25,674 nt of DNA from Vicinamibacterales bacterium. Its GTDB lineage: Bacteria; Acidobacteriota; Vicinamibacteria; Vicinamibacterales; 2-12-FULL-66-21. The DNA lies in the NCBI GenBank assembly GCA_035620975.1, contig DASPFV010000150.1, positions 1-25,674 of the forward strand, written 5' to 3'. The notes under the pieces were generated by a model. That model worked only from the letters and a program-made list of their open reading frames with translations. It was not told the DNA's origin and ran no database searches. Both the position numbers and the translations under genes were made by a program. Shown here piece by piece: positions 17,491 to 25,487 of this stretch; position 1 is the first letter of the stretch; each line of letters begins with the position of its first letter.

Positions 17491-17615
17491 GAGGCCGGAG
17501 GACCTGGAACTCTGCGCCGGCACTCACCCTGAGGTCGAGCGATCGAGCCGGTTGGATCAGCCGGAGTATGCCACGTAATCCTCCAGGCGGGTGTCCTCGA
17601 CCTCCGGATCTGAAT

Positions 17616-17734
17616 CCGTCCGTGTCCGTCCGTGTTGTTCCGTGGCCTCAACGTCCGTCCGTGTTCTTCCGTGGCCTCAACGTCCCGTCCGGGTTGTTCC
17701 GTGGCCTCAACGTACGTCCGTGTTGTTCCGTGGC
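17616..17734. repeat. Reverse-orientation tandem array: about 4 units of ~30 bp (CCGTCCGTGTTCTTCCGTGGCCTCAACGT). It runs up to and overlaps the mutL stop codon.
   Basis: Seen directly. Together with 17428-17490 it forms an inverted-repeat pair around a 125-bp core. Confidence 0.85.
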
Positions 17735-19507
17735 TCAAATCCGCTGGAAGTTGCGCTCGATCTCCCGGCGCGTCATCCGCAGGACGACCGGACGGCCGTG
17801 CGGGCAGACGCTGGAATACGCCGTCCGTCTGAGCTCGTCCAGGATGTAGCGCATCTTCGCGAGCGTCAACGGGTAGTTCGCCTTCACCGCGGCGTGGCAG
17901 GCCATCGTCGCGGCGATTCGGCGCAACGCATCTTCCACGCGCGAGCCGCCGTCGAGGCCTTCGAGGTCGTCGGCCAGCGCGCGGATCGCCGCCTCGCAGT
18001 CGGCGGGCTCCAGTATCGCGGGCACGGCGACGAGGCGGAGGCTGTTGCCGCCGAACTCCTCGACCTCGAGGCCGAACCGGTCGAGGGTCGAGTTGTGCCG
18101 CGCGACCACCTGACGCTGCGCGGGCGAGAGCTCGATCAGGATGGGGGTCAGGAGCCGCTGGCTCTCGAGCCGGCTGGCGGTCAGCTTCTCCATCATCTGC
18201 TCGAACAGCACCCGCTCGTGTGCCACGTGCTGATCGACGATCGCGACCCCCTCGTCGTCCACGGCGATGATGAACGTGTCGCGGAACTGCCCCAGGGGGA
18301 TCATCGGGCGGATGTCGGCCGCGGAAACGGCCGGGGCGACGCCGCCAGTGGAGCCCTCCGGCAGCGCGTCCGCCGGCGCTGTGCCGGCGAACGCACGGAA
18401 CGCCGCGTCGTGCTCGGCGCTCCACCGGCTCCCGACCGACGCGCCGGACAGGACCCCCGGCAGCGGCGCGGCGCGCGGCGCGTCCGCTCGCGCGGCGAAC
18501 GGCGTGAACTGCAGCTCGGGGACGCGCCCCTGCCCGAGCGCCTCTCCGAGGGCCCGGCGCAGCACCTCGTGCACCAGCGACTGTTCGAGGAAGCGGACTT
18601 CGGCCTTGGTCGGGTGTACGTTGACGTCCACGCGGTCCGGCGCCAGCTCGACGAAGAGGTGCACTTCCGGGCTGCGTTCCTTGATGGTCGCCACCGTGTA
18701 CGCCTCACCGATCGCGTGCGCGATCGTCCGGTCGCGCACGATGCGCCGGTTCACGAAGACGTTCTGGGCTCCACGCACGGGCCCTTCGTCGCCCAGTGCC
18801 GCGATGTAGCCGTGCAGGCGGATGCCGCCCGCCTCCTTGCGCACCTCGATCAGATCGGGGCGCTCGCCGAAGAGCTGGAAGAACCGCTCGGCGAGGCCGC
18901 GGGCAGGCGGGCACTCGAGCAGGCGGCGGGAACCGCTCGTCAGCGTGAACCCGATCTCGGGATAGCCCAGGGCGAGCTGGGTCACCAGTCGTGAGACCTG
19001 GGCTGACTCCGCCGTGTCCGACTTCAGGAACTTGCGGCGCGCCGGCAGGTTGTAGAAGAGGTCGGCGACGTCGATGCAGGTTCCTTCCGGCGCCCCCACT
19101 TCGCGCTCGGAGGTGACCGTACCGCCGCTCACCCGGATCTCGGTCCCGCTCGCCGCGCCTCTCGCCCGGCTGCGGAGCACGAAGTGAGACACGGACGCGA
19201 TGCTCGGGAGCGCCTCCCCTCTGAACCCGAGCGTTCGAATCGCGGCGAGATCCTCGGGTGAGGCGATCTTGCTGGTTGCATGCCGCTCGATGGCGAGCCG
19301 CGCGTCGTCGGGCTCCATGCCATCGCCATCGTCCTCGACCCGGATGAGCTTCTTGCCGCCGAATTCGATGACGACGGCAACACGGCGCGCGTGAGCATCG
19401 AGCGCGTTCTCGACCAGCTCTTTGACGACCGACGCCGGACGCTCGACGACCTCGCCGGCGGCTATCTGATTGGCCAGGTGCGGCGGCAGGCGGTGAATCA
19501 CAGCCAT
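17735..19507 (-). CDS. mutL: DNA mismatch repair protein MutL, 590 aa, starting at MAVIHRLPP
   Basis: The GHKL ATPase N-terminus is LPPHLANQIAAGEVVERPASVVKELVENALDA, with transducer and C-terminal dimerisation domains. The ATG at 19507 overlaps the corA stop. Confidence 0.9.
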   Translation of the reverse strand: MAVIHRLPPHLANQIAAGEVVERPASVVKELVENALDAHARRVAVVIEFGGKKLIRVEDDGDGMEPDDARLAIERHATSKIASPEDLAAIRTLGFRGEALPSIASVSHFVLRSRARGAASGTEIRVSGGTVTSEREVGAPEGTCIDVADLFYNLPARRKFLKSDTAESAQVSRLVTQLALGYPEIGFTLTSGSRRLLECPPARGLAERFFQLFGERPDLIEVRKEAGGIRLHGYIAALGDEGPVRGAQNVFVNRRIVRDRTIAHAIGEAYTVATIKERSPEVHLFVELAPDRVDVNVHPTKAEVRFLEQSLVHEVLRRALGEALGQGRVPELQFTPFAARADAPRAAPLPGVLSGASVGSRWSAEHDAAFRAFAGTAPADALPEGSTGGVAPAVSAADIRPMIPLGQFRDTFIIAVDDEGVAIVDQHVAHERVLFEQMMEKLTASRLESQRLLTPILIELSPAQRQVVARHNSTLDRFGLEVEEFGGNSLRLVAVPAILEPADCEAAIRALADDLEGLDGGSRVEDALRRIAATMACHAAVKANYPLTLAKMRYILDELRRTAYSSVCPHGRPVVLRMTRREIERNFQRI

Positions 19508-20463
19508 CGGCGCCGCCGGAACCACGACAGCATCAGCAGGCTCGTCGCAACCATGATGCCGGCGATCCACCAGAACTGGCTGGACTCGCCGCCCGGCAGG
19601 TGCGGGAGAGGCACGTTCATCCCGTAGAGGCCGGTGAGCACCGTCAGGGGCATGAAGATGGTCGCGATGACCGTCAGCACCTTCATCACGGTGTTCAGCT
19701 GGTTGGACACGGCCGAGAGATGCGCGTCCATCAGGCTCGTGATGCGATCGGCGAAGAACAGCGCCTCGTCCGAGAGGCGGACCAGGTGATCGTAGACGTC
19801 GCGGAAGCGGTACGACATGCCCTCGGAGATCTGCCCGAACTCCCGCCGCGCCAGCCGGCTCACGACGTCGCGCTGCGGCATGATCACCCGGCGGAGCGAG
19901 CTGACGTCGCGCTTGAAATCCAGAATCCTCCGCGCGAGCCTCGGATCCGGCCGCTCGAACACCTCTTTCTCGAGCTGGTCGAGGCGAGCGCCCAGCTTCT
20001 CGACCTCAGGGCGGTAGTTGTCGACCATCGTGTCGACGATGCGATGGAACAGCGCGACGGGGCCTTCGCCGAGCGCGCGCTCGTTGCGGACGCAGATGTC
20101 CGACACCCGCGCGATCGAGCGCGACGTGCCAGCGTGAACGCTGACCAGGTACTGCTGCCCGAGGAAGAAATCCACGTCCTGCGTCCTGAACTCGTGCTCC
20201 CGCGCCTTGAAGTCGATCCCGTGGAGGATGACATACAGATGGTCGCCGTACAGCTCGACCTTGGGGTGGTGGATCTCCATGAGCGCATCCTCGATGGCGA
20301 GCTCGTGGAAGTGGAACACGTCGGCAAGGACGCGGGCGTCCCCGGGCGCGGGATCGCTGATATCCACCCACACCCATGCTCCGCTGCCCGGGCGGAGCCA
20401 GTCGGGGTCCACCCGCTCGGCATGGCGGGTGGCCCCGTTCTGGTGGACGAAAATGGTGGTCAA
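19498..20463 (-). CDS. corA: Magnesium/cobalt transporter CorA. A TTG start overlaps the ppdK stop (TTGA).
   Basis: The YGMNV signature (GLYGMNVPLP) and two C-terminal TM helices are present, and the length is typical at 321 aa. Confidence 0.85.
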   Translation of the reverse strand: MTTIFVHQNGATRHAERVDPDWLRPGSGAWVWVDISDPAPGDARVLADVFHFHELAIEDALMEIHHPKVELYGDHLYVILHGIDFKAREHEFRTQDVDFFLGQQYLVSVHAGTSRSIARVSDICVRNERALGEGPVALFHRIVDTMVDNYRPEVEKLGARLDQLEKEVFERPDPRLARRILDFKRDVSSLRRVIMPQRDVVSRLARREFGQISEGMSYRFRDVYDHLVRLSDEALFFADRITSLMDAHLSAVSNQLNTVMKVLTVIATIFMPLTVLTGLYGMNVPLPHLPGGESSQFWWIAGIMVATSLLMLSWFRRRRWL

Positions 20464-23273
20464 TCCCCGACCTTGACCGACAGCGCCGCCTGCGCGGCCG
20501 CCAGCCGCGCCACGGGGATTCGATACGGCGACGCGCTCACGTAGTCGAGTCCAACCTTCTCGAAGAAGTGGATGGACGACGGGTCGCCGCCGTGCTCGCC
20601 GCAGATGCCGACCTTCAGGTCGTGGCGGGTGCTGCGGCCCTTCTGCACCCCCGTCGCGACGATCTGGCCCACCCCGACCGTGTCGATCGTGGCGAACGGG
20701 TCCTTGTCGAGGATCTTCTTGTCCTGGTAGGCGCCGAGGAACTTACCGATGTCGTCGCGGGAGAACCCGAAGGTGAGCTGCGTGAGATCGTTCGTCCCGA
20801 ACGAGAAGAACTGCGCCTCCTTCGCGATCTCGTCGGCGGTGACCGCCCCGCGCGGAACCTCGATCATGGTGCCGACCAGGTACTGGATCCTGACTCCCTG
20901 CTCTTTCATCACGTCCCCGGCGACGCGATCGACGATGGTCTTCTGATCCCGGAGCTCCTTCACGTGACCGACGAGCGGGATCATGATTTCCGGAACGACC
21001 TTGATGCCCTCCTTCGCGAGCTGGCAGGCGGCTTCCACGATCGCCCGCGTCTGCATCTCGGTGATCTCGGGATAGGTGATCCCCAGGCGGACGCCGCGAT
21101 GCCCGAGCATCGGGTTGAACTCGTGCAGCTGCTCGACCCGCCGCAACAGCGATTTCTTCTCTCCCAGCTCCCGGCCCGCGGCGCCCCTCGCTTCGAGGGT
21201 GGCGATCTCGACCATCAGCTCCTCGCGCTTCGGCAGGAACTCGTGCAGCGGCGGATCGATCGTCCGGATCGTCACCGGCGTGCCGTGCATGGCCTTGAAG
21301 ACCCCGTAGAAATCGCCGCGCTGCAGCGGCAGCAGCTCGTCCAGCGCCTTCCGGCGGTCGGCCTCGTTGTCGGCCAGGATCATGCGCTGCACGATCGGGA
21401 TGCGCCCTTCGCCGAAGAACATGTGTTCCGTGCGGCACAGGCCGATGCCGCGCGCGCCGAAGGCGTAGGCGGTCTCCGCCTGATCCGGCTGGTCCGCGTT
21501 GGCCCGGATCCCGAGCCGGCGGAACTTGTCGGCCCAGCCGAGCAGCCTCTCGAACCGCTGGTACACGTCCGACTCGGCCGGTTTCATCTCGCCGGCGATC
21601 ACCTGCAGAATCTCGCTGGGCCGCGTCGGCACCTGGCCGATCTTGACCTCGCCGGTGAGCCCGTCGAACGAGACGAAGTCCCCCTCGCGGACCGTCTTGC
21701 CGTTCACCGAGAAGCTGCGCCCGTGCTCGTCGATCTCCAGCGCCCCGGCGCCGACGATCGACGGCTTGCCCATCTGCCGACCCACGACCGCCGCGTGGGA
21801 GGTCATGCCGCCGGTGGCGGTGAGAATGCCCTGCGACACGAACATGCCGTGGATATCGTCGGGGACCGTCTCCTTGCGGACGAGGATCACCTTCTTGCCC
21901 TGGCGCGTCCATTCGACCGCGTGGTCCGCCGTGAAGACCACCTCACCCGACGCGGCCCCGGGCGACGCGGGCAGGCCCTTCGTGGTGACCGGCAGTGCCT
22001 TCCAGGCTTTGGGCTCGAACACCGGGGCGAGCAGCTGGGAGACGGATTCGGGCTCCACCTGCAGCACGGCCTCCTTCGGCGTGATCAGCTTCTCGGCCAC
22101 GAGATCCGTCGCAATCATGACCGCCGCGTAACCCGTGCGCTTCCCGTTCCGCGTCTGGAGCATGAACAGGCGATCGTCCTGGATCGTGAACTCGAAGTCC
22201 TGGACGTCGTGATAGTGCCTTTCGAGCCGGGTCGTAATCTGCCGCAGCTGGCGGTATGCGTGCGGCATCACCTTCTCGAGCTCGGCGATCGGCTGCGGCG
22301 TGCGAATACCCGCGACGACGTCCTCGCCCTGCGCATTGACGAGGAACTCGCCGTAGAACTCCCGGGCACCCGTCGCTGGATTCCGGGTGAAGCCGACGCC
22401 CGTGGCGGAGCGGTCGCCGGTGTTCCCGAAGACCATCATCTGCACGTTGACGGCAGTGCCGATCGCGTCGGGGATCTCATAGATGCGCCGGTACTCGATC
22501 GCCCGGGCGTTGTTCCAGGACCGGAAGACCGCGTCGCGCGCGCCGCGAAGCTGCTCCAGCGGATCCTGCGGGAAGCTGCGACCCGCGCGCGACTGCACGA
22601 CTTCCTTGTACCGGGCGACCACGTCGCGCAGCGCGCGCTCGTCGAGGTCGGTATCGAGGTGCGCCCCGAACGCCTCCTTGACGTCCTCGAACTTGCGCTC
22701 GAAGGCGTCCTTCGGGATCTCGAGAACGACGTTCCCGAACATCTGGATGAAGCGGCGGTAGCTGTCGAACGCGAAGCGCCCGTTGGAGGTCCGCGCCTTC
22801 AACCCTTCCACCGTCTCGTCGTTCAGCCCGAGATTCAGGATGGTATCCATCATTCCCGGCATCGAAAACTTGGCGCCCGACCGCACCGACACCAGCAACG
22901 GGTTCTTCACGTCTCCCAGCTTCGCGCCGGCCGCCTTCTCCAGCTTCCGGAGGTTCTCCACCATCTCCGCGTCGACGACGGCGGGGACCTTCCGGCCCTC
23001 CCGGTAGTAGAGCGTGCAGGCCTCGGTCGAGATCGTGAAGCCCGGGGGCACGGGCAGACCGGCGTTGGTCATCTCGGCGAGCCCGGACCCCTTCCCTCCG
23101 AGCAGATCCTTCATCGTCCGGTCGCCATCGGCCTTGCCATTGCCGAAGAAGTAGACGAACTTCCGGGTGCGGGAGGACTTCCTGCCGGCCGCCTGCCGGC
23201 CGGCCGGCTTCTTCGCGGGCCTGCGCTTCGACGAGACCTTCGTCGTGGACTTGCGTGCGAGCTTCTTCGACAT
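20460..23273 (-). CDS. ppdK: Pyruvate, phosphate dikinase (PPDK) with an unusual 37-aa Lys/Arg-rich N-terminal extension
   Basis: The conserved PPDK core begins KFVYFFGNG...LLGGKGSGLAEMTNAGLPVPPGF. The phospho-His region GGMTSHAAVVGRQMGKPSIVGAG and the PEP-utilising C-terminal TIM barrel are present. A GGAG RBS overlaps the glyS stop upstream of the ATG at 23273. Confidence 0.9.
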   Translation of the reverse strand: MSKKLARKSTTKVSSKRRPAKKPAGRQAAGRKSSRTRKFVYFFGNGKADGDRTMKDLLGGKGSGLAEMTNAGLPVPPGFTISTEACTLYYREGRKVPAVVDAEMVENLRKLEKAAGAKLGDVKNPLLVSVRSGAKFSMPGMMDTILNLGLNDETVEGLKARTSNGRFAFDSYRRFIQMFGNVVLEIPKDAFERKFEDVKEAFGAHLDTDLDERALRDVVARYKEVVQSRAGRSFPQDPLEQLRGARDAVFRSWNNARAIEYRRIYEIPDAIGTAVNVQMMVFGNTGDRSATGVGFTRNPATGAREFYGEFLVNAQGEDVVAGIRTPQPIAELEKVMPHAYRQLRQITTRLERHYHDVQDFEFTIQDDRLFMLQTRNGKRTGYAAVMIATDLVAEKLITPKEAVLQVEPESVSQLLAPVFEPKAWKALPVTTKGLPASPGAASGEVVFTADHAVEWTRQGKKVILVRKETVPDDIHGMFVSQGILTATGGMTSHAAVVGRQMGKPSIVGAGALEIDEHGRSFSVNGKTVREGDFVSFDGLTGEVKIGQVPTRPSEILQVIAGEMKPAESDVYQRFERLLGWADKFRRLGIRANADQPDQAETAYAFGARGIGLCRTEHMFFGEGRIPIVQRMILADNEADRRKALDELLPLQRGDFYGVFKAMHGTPVTIRTIDPPLHEFLPKREELMVEIATLEARGAAGRELGEKKSLLRRVEQLHEFNPMLGHRGVRLGITYPEITEMQTRAIVEAACQLAKEGIKVVPEIMIPLVGHVKELRDQKTIVDRVAGDVMKEQGVRIQYLVGTMIEVPRGAVTADEIAKEAQFFSFGTNDLTQLTFGFSRDDIGKFLGAYQDKKILDKDPFATIDTVGVGQIVATGVQKGRSTRHDLKVGICGEHGGDPSSIHFFEKVGLDYVSASPYRIPVARLAAAQAALSVKVGD

Positions 23274-23282
23274 GTCGCGTGG

Positions 23283-25481
23283 TTACTCCGTCTGAGGAAC
23301 GATTTCCGAGATGTCCGCGAGCCCGAGAATCAGGTCCCGCAGCTCCGCCAACAACGTCAGCCGGGCGGTCCTCACCCGCTCGTCCTCCGCCATGACGAAC
23401 ACTTCCGTGAAAAACCGGTCGACCACCGGCCGCAGACCCGCGATCTCGATGAACGCCCGGCGGTAGTCGGCTGCGCCCATCGCCTGCGCGATGCGCGGCC
23501 GCCGCACCTCGAGCTCGGCGAGCAGGGTGCGCTCGGCCGGCTCGGTGAGCGCCGCCGCGTCGAGCGCTGCCCGCGCCTTCAGCTCCCGCGCGATGTTCTT
23601 GACGCGCTTGAAGAGGACGGCGAGCGCCTGGAAATCGTCCGAGCCGCGCATGCCCTGCAGCGCCTCGCCGACGCGGCGGGCGCGGAGAGGACGCAGATCG
23701 TCGCCCCTGTGAACCACCGCCCGTGCTTCCTCGATCCGCAAGCCGCGCTGCTCCAGAGCGAACTTCAGGCGATCCAGCCAGAACCCTTCCGCGTGCCGTT
23801 CGGCCCCCGGATCCTCGGCGATGGAGGTGAACGCCTCCCGCGCCGGCCGGAGCACGTCGCCCAGGCCGACCTCCCGGTCGACGCCGGTCAGCTCGGGCAG
23901 GTCCATCAGAATGCGAATCGCGCCGTGCACGTTGCGCCGGATGGCGAACGGATCCCGCGACCCGGTGGGGCGCTCACCGGCGGCAAAGAGACCGGCCGCC
24001 GTATCGACCTTGTCGGCGAGCGACACGGCCGCCCACGTCACGCCGGCCCGGCCCAGCTGGGCGCGCGCGGGCGGCGCATCGGCCTCCACGCCGACCGGGA
24101 GATAGTGATGGTAGATCGCCCTCCAGACCGCCTCGGGCTGACCCTCCTCCCGGCCGTAGATCCCGCCCATCGTTCCCTGCAGCTCTGGGAACTCGAACAC
24201 CATGTCGGTCGTGAGATCCGCCTTGGCCAGGCGGGCAGCGGCCGCCGCCGGCGCCGCGTCCTCGGGGCGCCCGAACACCTCGCCGGCGATCCGACCGGCG
24301 AGCCGGGAGATTCGCTCGGCCTTGTCGCGGTAGCTGCCGAGCTTCTTGTGGAACAGCACGGTGTGGAGCCGGTCGAGCCGCGACTCCAGCGTCGCCCTGC
24401 GGTCCGAGGTCCAGAAGAAGCTCGCGTCGCGCAGGCGGGCCGCCACCACCCGTTCCGCATTCTTCGCGATGACACGCTCGTCGGCCGGCCTCGTGTTGAC
24501 GACCGCGAGGAACGCCTCCTTGAGCTCACCCTGGTCGGTGACGACCGGGAACCAGTGCTGATGGTGCACGAGCGTCGTCGAAAGGACCTCGACGGGAAGC
24601 GACAGGAACGCGCGATCGTAGAAACCGGCGACCACTCCCGGGTACTCGACGAGGTCGGCCACCTCTTCGATGAGCGACGCGTGCTCCTTGAGCTGCACGC
24701 GGCCGCCCAGCCGCCGCGCGTGCCCCTCGAGCTCGCGCGCGATCCGATCGCGCCGCTCGTCGTGGTCGATCACGACGAAGTGCTCGGCCAGCTTCGCCTG
24801 GTATTCGTCGAAGCTGCGGACCTTGATCGACCGGCCCGCCCGGCCGCTCGTCGCGAGGAACCGGTGCCCGTACGTCAGCGCGCCCGACTCGACATCCTGG
24901 ACCTGCCCTCCCGCGGCCACGGGCAGCCGCCCGATGCTGAAGGGAACGACGCGCCCGCCATAGAGGAACAGCAGCCAGCGGACCGGCCGGCCGAACAGCA
25001 GCTCGCCACGGCCGTCGTCGAGCTGCGCGTCCCAGTGCATCTGCTTCGGGAACGCGAGGTCGCGCAGCACGCCGGTGAGGATGTCGGGCAGCGTATCGAC
25101 GGCGCTCCGGCCTCGCTGCCGCTTCTGCACGGCGAGATACGTCCCGCGCGGGGTCTCGACGCGCGTGAGCTCCGCGAACGACACCCCCTGTTTCTTCGCG
25201 AAGCCCAGCGCGGCTGCTGTCGGGGCTCCGTCCGAACCGAGCGCAGCGGAAACGGGCGGCCCCGTGATCGTCTCGTCGAGATCCTCCTGGCGGTCGGCGA
25301 TCCCGGCCACACGAGCCGTGAGGCGCCGCGGCGTCGCGAAGCTCTCGACAGGAGCCCCGGGCGCAATCCGGTACTCGACGAGGCGGGCTTCCACCCGCTC
25401 GCGAAGCTGCCGGGTGAGCGCCGGCAGCCAGGACGCAGGCAGCTCCTCGACCCCGATTTCAATCAGCAACTCTCGGTCCAT
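23283..25481 (-). CDS. glyS: Glycine--tRNA ligase beta subunit (GlyS), 732 aa
   Basis: MDRELLIEIGVEELPASWLPAL... is the canonical GlyS N-terminus, the length is typical, and a DALR anticodon-binding region lies near the C-terminus. Confidence 0.9.
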   Translation of the reverse strand: MDRELLIEIGVEELPASWLPALTRQLRERVEARLVEYRIAPGAPVESFATPRRLTARVAGIADRQEDLDETITGPPVSAALGSDGAPTAAALGFAKKQGVSFAELTRVETPRGTYLAVQKRQRGRSAVDTLPDILTGVLRDLAFPKQMHWDAQLDDGRGELLFGRPVRWLLFLYGGRVVPFSIGRLPVAAGGQVQDVESGALTYGHRFLATSGRAGRSIKVRSFDEYQAKLAEHFVVIDHDERRDRIARELEGHARRLGGRVQLKEHASLIEEVADLVEYPGVVAGFYDRAFLSLPVEVLSTTLVHHQHWFPVVTDQGELKEAFLAVVNTRPADERVIAKNAERVVAARLRDASFFWTSDRRATLESRLDRLHTVLFHKKLGSYRDKAERISRLAGRIAGEVFGRPEDAAPAAAAARLAKADLTTDMVFEFPELQGTMGGIYGREEGQPEAVWRAIYHHYLPVGVEADAPPARAQLGRAGVTWAAVSLADKVDTAAGLFAAGERPTGSRDPFAIRRNVHGAIRILMDLPELTGVDREVGLGDVLRPAREAFTSIAEDPGAERHAEGFWLDRLKFALEQRGLRIEEARAVVHRGDDLRPLRARRVGEALQGMRGSDDFQALAVLFKRVKNIARELKARAALDAAALTEPAERTLLAELEVRRPRIAQAMGAADYRRAFIEIAGLRPVVDRFFTEVFVMAEDERVRTARLTLLAELRDLILGLADISEIVPQTE

Positions 25482-25487
25482 TGATTA

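Noticed and set aside
15248-17527. N-terminal extension of the cytochrome-like ORF to 17527
   Set aside because: The extension reads through the repeat element. The internal ATG at 17413 has a strong GGAGGGAAG RBS and is followed by a canonical signal peptide.
20376-25484. 1702-aa plus-strand ORF, plus other long plus-strand ORFs (1418..3718 upstream part, 3910..4875, 7707..9149, 12949..15501, 16103..17578, 17591..18994, 19600..20544) and minus-strand 4766..6337
   Set aside because: Each is entirely antisense to a well-supported gene (ppdK/glyS, uvrB, VWA, patatin, flotillin and so on). Their translations are low-complexity R/A/G/P/D-rich with no domain signatures. Long antisense ORFs are expected in a ~70% GC genome because GC3 bias removes stop codons on the opposite strand.
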